Origin: Lachnospiraceae bacterium KGMB03038
GTDB lineage: Bacteria; Bacillota; Clostridia; Lachnospirales; Lachnospiraceae
NCBI GenBank assembly: GCA_007361935.1
Contig: CP041667.1
Span: forward strand, 1,350,893 to 1,374,892
Length of the DNA stretch: 24,000 bases
Direction of reading: 5' to 3'
Shown: piece after piece, positions 16,211-22,729 of the stretch
Position numbering within the stretch: position 1 is the first letter of the stretch
Layout of the letters: each line of letters opens with the position of its first letter
Translations under genes and position numbers: made by a program
Notes under the pieces: model-generated
The model's database searches: none
The model's input: the letters and a program-made list of their open reading frames with translations, nothing else
What the model was told of the DNA's origin: nothing

Positions 16211-17578
16211 ATGAAAAGAAAACGTACTTCATATAGATACTCTAGAAAACCCCAGAGGCGCAGAGGGTACATAAGCGGCGCCAGAAGACAGACCAAGCGG
16301 CGGAAGCTCTGGTTGTGCGGCTCTATTCTGGCCAGTGTGTTTCTGATCGTTCTGGCGGCGCGCTGGCTGCCTCAGACGGCGGAAGAACTGGGGAAAGAAA
16401 GGGAAAAAAATAAGACTCCCCAGACAAGAGAAGAGACAGGGAATGAAAATCCAAATATCCGGGTGCTGCTTATGACGGACGGATATCAAAATGAAACTCA
16501 TCCAAAGGCAGTACTGTCTTCAGACAGCGGGCTGGTGGTCTTCTGGGGAGACCAGGAGGAGGAAGCGGAGGGGAAACTTACGATCGAACCGGATGATGAG
16601 CGGTTTCAAAAAGGAGCGGTCCGGGTTTGGGCAAAGGAGGGAAAGGTTACGGTAGAGACCTTGAACCGGGGATATGGGACTCCTTCTTACGCGGGAGTGA
16701 TCGAACTTCGGACGACGGCGGAAGGCCTGGTGCTGATCAACGAGCTTCCTGTAGAAACCTATCTGTGCGGCGTGGTGCCAAGTGAGATGCCATCCTCCTA
16801 TGAACTGGAAGCTTTGAAAGCCCAGGCGGTGTGCGCCAGAAGCTATGCCTACCGCCAGATAGAAAGTTACGGATACCCGGAATATGAGGCTCATGTCAAT
16901 GACAGTACGGCTTATCAGGTGTATGGAAATTCAGCGCCGGCAGAAAGCGCCCAGGAGGCGGTGGAGGCCACGGCAGGAGAGACAGTGCGTTATGAGGGAA
17001 AAGTGGTGACCACCTATTATTATTCTACCTCCTGCGGTCATACAACCAGCGCAGAAGCGTGGGGGACCGCGCCAAGCAAAGAAAATGCTTATCTGCAGTC
17101 TGTGGAGGTCTGCGGGGAAAATGGCGACTATGAAAAGGATCTTCCCTGGTACCGGTGGGAAGCCAGGATTCCTGTACAGACCTTATCGAATCTGATCGGG
17201 CTGAATACAGGCACGGATATTGGAACGGTAAGTGAGATCCAGGTGACAAGACGAGGACCGGGAAATGTGGCGCTGGAGATCCAGGTGTCAGGCGAGAAAG
17301 GACGCGTCACTGTAGAGACGGAAAATAAGATCCGCAGGGCTCTTGGGGGAGAAGGCTATGAGATCACAAAGCAAGACGGATCTGTGGCCGCGAGTTCGGA
17401 ACTTCTGCCCAGCGCTTTTTTTACGATTGAGAAATCCGGGGATCTGTTTGTGATTCAAGGCGGAGGTTTTGGACATGGTATTGGGATGAGCCAGAACGGG
17501 GCGAATGAGATGGCGAAACAGGGGATGGACTATCGAAAGATCCTGACCTTGTTTTACCAGGGCGTGACCATTGAATAA
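16211..17578 (+). CDS. SpoIID/LytB-domain protein, membrane-anchored
   Basis: The track ORF starts at 15992, inside dctP and across the terminator. I call the ATG at 16211 (AAGGA 7 nt upstream). It has a basic tail plus TM (KRRKLWLCGSILASVFLIVLAA). SpoIID blocks: ETYLCGVVPSEMPSSYELEALKAQAVCARSYAY, YYYSTSCGHT, GGGFGHGIGMSQNGANEMAKQG. Confidence 0.85.
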   Translation: MKRKRTSYRYSRKPQRRRGYISGARRQTKRRKLWLCGSILASVFLIVLAARWLPQTAEELGKEREKNKTPQTREETGNENPNIRVLLMTDGYQNETHPKAVLSSDSGLVVFWGDQEEEAEGKLTIEPDDERFQKGAVRVWAKEGKVTVETLNRGYGTPSYAGVIELRTTAEGLVLINELPVETYLCGVVPSEMPSSYELEALKAQAVCARSYAYRQIESYGYPEYEAHVNDSTAYQVYGNSAPAESAQEAVEATAGETVRYEGKVVTTYYYSTSCGHTTSAEAWGTAPSKENAYLQSVEVCGENGDYEKDLPWYRWEARIPVQTLSNLIGLNTGTDIGTVSEIQVTRRGPGNVALEIQVSGEKGRVTVETENKIRRALGGEGYEITKQDGSVAASSELLPSAFFTIEKSGDLFVIQGGGFGHGIGMSQNGANEMAKQGMDYRKILTLFYQGVTIE

Positions 17579-18580
17579 ATGTACAAAAAGGATGAAGGAA
17601 CTGTGATCGAAAGAAAGACAGACATGATCATTTCTTACCCAGAGATCCATTATCAGAAAGAGAACGGCGGGATACGGATCACCGCTTGTTATGGGGAAGA
17701 TGGCCGCGTATTCCTTCCAGAGCGGATCGAAGGACAGCCGGTGACCGCTATTGGGGCGTACGCGTTTTCAGAGGGCGGGGAATCCCCGGAAGATCTGGTG
17801 TGGGGACAAGAAGGAAAGCAAGAGAAGCTGAAGGCTGAAAGGATACAGGAGCTCCATCTGCCGGACGGCGTATGCAGGATTGGCCGGTACGCCTTCTACC
17901 GCTGCCGGAATCTTGCGAAACTGACGCTGTCAGATGGGATTTTAGAAATCGGCGGCGGAGCTTTGACAGGCTGCAGGCCGGGGCAGATTGAAATCCACCT
18001 GAGGCGGGGAGAACAGTCGGCTTTAAAATCGATTTTGGACGAAGTGCGGTTCGCGATTCGGGCGACTCTTTATTATCACCGGGCAGAGGGGAAGATAGAA
18101 GTGGCGAAGGTGTTGTTCCCGGAGCACTATGAAGAGGCGGTGGAGAATACGCCGGCCCGGCTTTTATACACCAGCCACCACGGAGCGGGGGGATACTACC
18201 GTCAGTGCTTCTATGACCGGAAACTGGATTTCCCCAAATATGATGCCCTGCTTCCAAGGGCGGTAGCGGAAGAGACGCCGGAAACGGTGACGGAGCTTGC
18301 CATTCAAAGACTTTTGTTCCCGGTAGGGCTTTCTAAGAAGGCAAAGGAAGAGTACGAGACCTTTTTAAGAGAGCATGGAGGGCAGGCGGCCGCGTTTTTG
18401 GTGGACAAGGAAGAACTGGACGGGCTGCGTCTTTTAATGGATGGAGGCCTGCTGGAGGAAGCGGCTTTTGAGATCGGGATAGAGACCGCTTTAAAACAGG
18501 GGAAGACGGCGCTTGTCAGTCTTTTGATGGAGGAGAGGAGCCGCAGGTTTCCGCGGAAGAAGAAAACCTTTGAGTTTTGA
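17579..18580 (+). CDS. Cytoplasmic BspA-type leucine-rich-repeat (LRR_5-like) protein with helical C-terminal half
   Basis: The ATG directly abuts the SpoIID TAA (17576-17578). LRR_5-like units: VFLPERIEGQPVTAIGAYAFSEG and ELHLPDGVCRIGRYAFYRCRNLAKLTLSDGILEIGGGALTGC. No signal peptide or TM segment is visible. The start codon is uncertain (no clear RBS; Met16 at 17624 is an alternative). Confidence 0.6.
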   Translation: MYKKDEGTVIERKTDMIISYPEIHYQKENGGIRITACYGEDGRVFLPERIEGQPVTAIGAYAFSEGGESPEDLVWGQEGKQEKLKAERIQELHLPDGVCRIGRYAFYRCRNLAKLTLSDGILEIGGGALTGCRPGQIEIHLRRGEQSALKSILDEVRFAIRATLYYHRAEGKIEVAKVLFPEHYEEAVENTPARLLYTSHHGAGGYYRQCFYDRKLDFPKYDALLPRAVAEETPETVTELAIQRLLFPVGLSKKAKEEYETFLREHGGQAAAFLVDKEELDGLRLLMDGGLLEEAAFEIGIETALKQGKTALVSLLMEERSRRFPRKKKTFEF

Positions 18581-18611
18581 GCAAAAAGAATAGAAATTGG
18601 AGAAGATCAGC

Positions 18612-19961
18612 ATGAGAGACAGAGAGAACGATATAGTGGAACAATTGGAGCAGATCGGACGTCAGATCCTTATCGTTTCCAGAAATGAACTGTATCTTTC
18701 GATGCGATTTTTGGACGTGGCTTTAAGCAGCTTTACTTTTGTGCTGGATGAAGGGATAGGCACCATTGGAACAGACGGCTTTTCCATCTTTTACGGGCCT
18801 GCCTGGCTGGGCGGGATGTTCCGGGAGAATCCCGTCTTCGTAAACCGGGCGTATCTGCACATGGCGCTGCATGGAATCTTCCGGCATATGACCGGGAGAG
18901 GGGGAAGGCAGAAGAGATACTATGATCTGGCCTGTGATATCGCGGTGGAATCTGTGATCGATGGAATGACCTGCCGCTGTGTGCGCCAGCCCCGGTCGTT
19001 CCTTCGCAGGGAGACGTACCGGAAGCTGGAAGAGGCTATGAAGGTACTGACAGCCGGAAAGATCTGTCAATGCCTGTTGTCCTGGGATCTGTCGGAAACA
19101 AAGCTGGAACGGCTGGAAGCGGAGTTCCAGGTGGACAGCCACCTATACTGGCCGGAAGATGATCCAAAGAAGCGTCAGCAGATTGAGAATCAATGGCAGG
19201 ATATCAGCGAGAAGACCGAGATGGAAATGGAAGGGTTTTCCAGTGAAGCGTCCTCCCAGTCAGGCAATCTGGCCAAACAGATCAAGGTGGAGAACCGGCA
19301 GCGGTTTGACTATCGGAAGTTCCTGCGTAAATTCGCGGTCCTCAGGGAAGAGATGGCGGTGGATCCGGACTCCTTTGATTATGTATTCTACAGCTATGGA
19401 CTGCGGCTGTATGGAAATCTTCCATTGATCGAGCCCCAGGAGTGGAAAGAAGAAAAGAAGATCGAAGAGTTTGCGGTAGTCATCGATACTTCCATGTCCT
19501 GTTCCGGAGAACTGGTGCGCAAATTTCTGGAAGAGACTTATACCGTTCTAAGTGAAGAGAATAGTTTCTTTCGAAAGGTTAACATCCATATCATTCAGTG
19601 CGACGAAGAGATCCAGACTGATGTGACGATCACGAAGGCGAAAGATCTGGCCGCGTATATGGAGCAGTTGGAATTAAAGGGAGAAGGCGGAACAGATTTC
19701 CGGCCGGCTTTTGCCTATGTGGACAGGCTTCGTGAGGAGCAGGCATTTTCGAACCTGAAAGGCCTTATATATTTTACAGACGGGAAAGGAATCTATCCGG
19801 AGAAAATGCCGCCCTATGAAACGGCCTTTGTATTCCTGGAGGAAGATTATGAGGACAGAGAAGTTCCTCCCTGGGCGATGAAGCTGATCTTGGAGGAGGA
19901 GGATCTAGACAGAAAAGATCTGGAAGAACGAAGAAGAAAAGGAGAAGATTATGCATATTAA
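18612..19961 (+). CDS. Peptidase-like N-domain plus VWA-like domain protein (DUF2201_N/DUF2201-type architecture)
   Basis: N-terminal block GTIGTDGFSIFYGPAWL..NRAYLHMALHGIFRH resembles the putative-metallopeptidase domain, but with HMALH in place of HExxH. The C-terminal VWA has an intact MIDAS: VVIDTSMSCSG (19485-19499), GGTDF, YFTDGKG. I prefer the ATG at 18612 (GGAGA 8 nt upstream) to the TTG at 18597. Confidence 0.75.
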   Translation: MRDRENDIVEQLEQIGRQILIVSRNELYLSMRFLDVALSSFTFVLDEGIGTIGTDGFSIFYGPAWLGGMFRENPVFVNRAYLHMALHGIFRHMTGRGGRQKRYYDLACDIAVESVIDGMTCRCVRQPRSFLRRETYRKLEEAMKVLTAGKICQCLLSWDLSETKLERLEAEFQVDSHLYWPEDDPKKRQQIENQWQDISEKTEMEMEGFSSEASSQSGNLAKQIKVENRQRFDYRKFLRKFAVLREEMAVDPDSFDYVFYSYGLRLYGNLPLIEPQEWKEEKKIEEFAVVIDTSMSCSGELVRKFLEETYTVLSEENSFFRKVNIHIIQCDEEIQTDVTITKAKDLAAYMEQLELKGEGGTDFRPAFAYVDRLREEQAFSNLKGLIYFTDGKGIYPEKMPPYETAFVFLEEDYEDREVPPWAMKLILEEEDLDRKDLEERRRKGEDYAY

Positions 19962-21468
19962 ACGAGCCAAGCAGGAAATCAAAGATTCGATAGAGGCATA
20001 TCTGAAAAAGGATGCTTACGGGGAGTATGTGATCCCATCCATCCGCCAGAGACCGCTGCTCTTGATGGGGCCTCCGGGGATCGGGAAGACCCAGATCATG
20101 GAGCAGGTTGCAAGAGAATGCGGCATTGCCCTGGTTTCTTACACCATCACCCATCATACCCGGCAGAGCGCCATTGGCCTGCCGTTTATCAAGGAGCGGA
20201 TGTTTGGGGGGACCGCTTATCAGATCACTGAGTATACCATGAGCGAGATCATCGCTTCTGTATATGAGAAAATGGAGAAGACAGGATTGAAAGAGGGGAT
20301 CCTGTTCATCGACGAGATCAACTGTGTGTCGGAAACACTGGCCCCGGCTATGCTGCAGTTCCTGCAGTGCAAGACCTTTGGAAACCAGAAAGTGCCGGAA
20401 GGATGGATCATCGCGGCGGCGGGAAATCCACCGGAGTATAACCGGTCGGTCCGGGAGTTCGATGTGGTGACTCTGGACCGGATCAAGCGCATCGATGTGG
20501 AAGAAAATTATGACGTGTGGAAGGAGTACGCCTATAAGGTCGGTATCCATCCAGCCATCCTTTCTTATCTGGATCTGAAGAGAGAGCATTTCTACCGGAT
20601 GGAGACGACACCGGATGGAAAAGCGTTTGCTACGGCAAGAGGCTGGGAGGATCTTTCTGAGCTTTTGAAGGTCTATGAGTCTCTGGGAAAGAAGGTGGAC
20701 CGGGAGGTGGTCCATCAGTATATCCAGCACTGGAAGATCGCCAAGGATTTCGCGGTATACCTGGAACTTTATGAGAAATACCAGAAGGATTACGGTCTGG
20801 AAGATATTTTCAAAGGCCAGTGGGAGAAAGGAACTTTGGAGAAGCTTTCTTACGCCGCTTTTGATGAACGGCTCAGCGTGGTGGGAATGCTGTCCGGGAG
20901 ACTCCAGGAATTCTTCCGCCGGTATGGGTTCCTGGACGCCTATGTGACCCGGCTTTACGAGACGGTAAAACGGGCGCAGAAAGAGATGAAACATATGGAG
21001 CAGATATGCAGGGAGGAAGAGGAAACTTACGAGAAGCTGCGCGCGGCAGAGCAGCTTACCAGAGAAGAAGACCATCTCTGGCGGAAGGTACTGGATACCC
21101 TGGAAGACTGGAAACGGCTGGTAAAAGAGGAACATTTGTCAGGGGAAGACGCTTTGGGGCTGGTCAGGGAACGGTTTCAAAGGGAAGCATCCCGCCGCCA
21201 GGAGGCTGTGGATGAGACGGAGGAAGCGCTGGACCATGTGTTTGATTTCCTGGAAGCGGCCTTTGGAGACAGCCAGGAGATGGTGGTGTTCGTGACAGAT
21301 CTGAATACGAATGCTTACAGTATCCAGTATTTGAAAGAAAATGACTGCCCAAAGTATTACCGCTATAATAAACGGCTTCTGTTTGATGAGCAAAGAGAAG
21401 AAATACTTTCCCAGATGGATGGGGTGGAAGACAGGCTGATTGACTTAGATAGGAAGAGGGGAGTATAA
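19951..21468 (+). CDS. MoxR-like AAA+ ATPase (AAA_5 type) with long helical C-terminal extension
   Basis: Walker A LLLMGPPGIGKT (20068-20091). Walker B GILFIDEIN. Sensor and Arg-finger region IIAAAGNPPEYNRSVREFDVVTLDRIKRIDVE. Overlaps the VWA gene by 11 nt, with AAAGGAGAAG upstream. 505 aa. Confidence 0.85.
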   Translation: MHIKRAKQEIKDSIEAYLKKDAYGEYVIPSIRQRPLLLMGPPGIGKTQIMEQVARECGIALVSYTITHHTRQSAIGLPFIKERMFGGTAYQITEYTMSEIIASVYEKMEKTGLKEGILFIDEINCVSETLAPAMLQFLQCKTFGNQKVPEGWIIAAAGNPPEYNRSVREFDVVTLDRIKRIDVEENYDVWKEYAYKVGIHPAILSYLDLKREHFYRMETTPDGKAFATARGWEDLSELLKVYESLGKKVDREVVHQYIQHWKIAKDFAVYLELYEKYQKDYGLEDIFKGQWEKGTLEKLSYAAFDERLSVVGMLSGRLQEFFRRYGFLDAYVTRLYETVKRAQKEMKHMEQICREEEETYEKLRAAEQLTREEDHLWRKVLDTLEDWKRLVKEEHLSGEDALGLVRERFQREASRRQEAVDETEEALDHVFDFLEAAFGDSQEMVVFVTDLNTNAYSIQYLKENDCPKYYRYNKRLLFDEQREEILSQMDGVEDRLIDLDRKRGV

Positions 21469-21489
21469 TGGGGGAGTGAGGAATGAAAC

Positions 21490-22710
21490 ATGAAGACAAG
21501 AACCAAAATACTGCTCCTGGCGGGAGCCGGTATCCTGCTCCTTGGGATCGGGATTTTCGCGGGCTGGCATTTGAGCCGTCAGCAAAATAGCGGAGAATGG
21601 AAAGAAGAGGCAAAGAAGCAGGTAAAAGAAGAAACGGATATGACAGAGAAGCAGAAAGTCCGGGTGGAAGAGATCGGATTTTCCAGGATCTCCGGCCAGG
21701 AGATCCAGATCCAGTGGCCGGACCGGTGGGAGCCTTACGTAGAGGAATATCAGATCCAGCGGCGGAAGAGCGGAGAGGATACCTGGCAGCAGGTAGGGAC
21801 TCTGGCCTCTGATCAGAGGGTAGAGGATACGGCGCTTGCCTGGGTGGACACTCTTGAGGAAAGCGCCGTCCAGCAATATGAATACCGCGTGGATGTAAAA
21901 GTGACGGATCCAGAGAAGTATCAGGCGGAAGAAGGGAAAACGGTAATGGCCAGCAATCTTCTGGTGTGTATCGATCCGGGACATTACAGCGGGAAGAATA
22001 CGGTGGAAAGTGGAACTGCCTATGCGGAAGGGGATTTCACCCTGCAGCTTGCAAAAGAACTTTCGGGAGTTTTGAAGGAAGACTATGGGGTGACTTCTAT
22101 ATTGACGAGAGACTCCGGAAGCATTTCTATAGACGGGTATACAGATAATGCTTTGGATTCTGGCCACATCAGTCTGAGAGGGGAATACGCGGAAGGGACA
22201 GACTTGTTTCTTTCGATCCATACCAACGCAAATTTGGAAGGGGCCAATGGCTGTGAGACGGAAGAGCAGCCCATTTCTATCAATAAGCCGATTCTGATCC
22301 TGAATGAAATTGCCTGTGAGCAGGAGCAGGCGGTGAAAGTCGCAAATGGGATCGGAAGTCATCTGGCGGAAACCAGTTATCAACTGGGGATCGCGGCGGT
22401 GGGTACGTTCTGTGCCGTCGAGGAAAGCGGGCAGATCCGGGAGTGGACGGATGCTTACAATGACCAGACGGATGTGGAAGGAACGGTATGCCGCAGGAGC
22501 GGAGAACACGGAGATTATTACGGAGTGCTCAGAGGAGCCGCGAATGTGGGGGTGCCGGGGATGATCATCGAGCATGGATTCCATACAGTACCGGAAATGC
22601 GCCAGATGGCGGCGGCAGGAGAACTGGCGGGAGCCTGGGCGAGAGCAGACGCGGAAGGAATCGCGGAAGGATTTGGATTCGAGAAATATCTGGAAACAAA
22701 ACAGGAATAA
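21490..22710 (+). CDS. N-acetylmuramoyl-L-alanine amidase (Amidase_3/MurNAc-LAA), membrane-anchored, with Fn3-like spacer
   Basis: TM/signal anchor ILLLAGAGILLLGIGIFAGW. Zinc and catalytic blocks: VCIDPGHYSG, AEGDFTLQLAKEL, LFLSIHTNA, MIIEHGFHT. A large insert lies between the HTNA and EHGF blocks. Confidence 0.85.
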   Translation: MKTRTKILLLAGAGILLLGIGIFAGWHLSRQQNSGEWKEEAKKQVKEETDMTEKQKVRVEEIGFSRISGQEIQIQWPDRWEPYVEEYQIQRRKSGEDTWQQVGTLASDQRVEDTALAWVDTLEESAVQQYEYRVDVKVTDPEKYQAEEGKTVMASNLLVCIDPGHYSGKNTVESGTAYAEGDFTLQLAKELSGVLKEDYGVTSILTRDSGSISIDGYTDNALDSGHISLRGEYAEGTDLFLSIHTNANLEGANGCETEEQPISINKPILILNEIACEQEQAVKVANGIGSHLAETSYQLGIAAVGTFCAVEESGQIREWTDAYNDQTDVEGTVCRRSGEHGDYYGVLRGAANVGVPGMIIEHGFHTVPEMRQMAAAGELAGAWARADAEGIAEGFGFEKYLETKQE

Positions 22711-22729
22711 AGGAATGGAGGAATGAGAG

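Noticed and set aside
16211-17578. Calling this gene the sporulation engulfment gene spoIID
   Set aside because: The upstream promoter looks like a sigma-A extended -10 rather than a sigma-E type. The protein is longer than canonical SpoIID, and its partner is an Amidase_3 rather than a SpoIIP-family protein. I therefore keep the generic SpoIID/LytB-domain call. This is not decisive without TSS and expression data.
19774-21135. 453-aa ORF on the minus strand
   Set aside because: It lies entirely antisense to the well-supported AAA+ ATPase gene (Walker A/B and sensor motifs on +). The product is low-complexity (L/F/R/P/S/H-rich) with no recognisable motif and no RBS. I read it as a shadow ORF produced by the purine-rich, GC3-biased coding strand.
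19951-21468. AAA_5 protein as a McrB-type GTPase of a restriction system
   Set aside because: There is no McrC-like nuclease neighbour and no McrB signature that I recognise. The sensor and Arg-finger region (AAGNPPEY...LDRI) and the overlapping VWA partner are MoxR-like.
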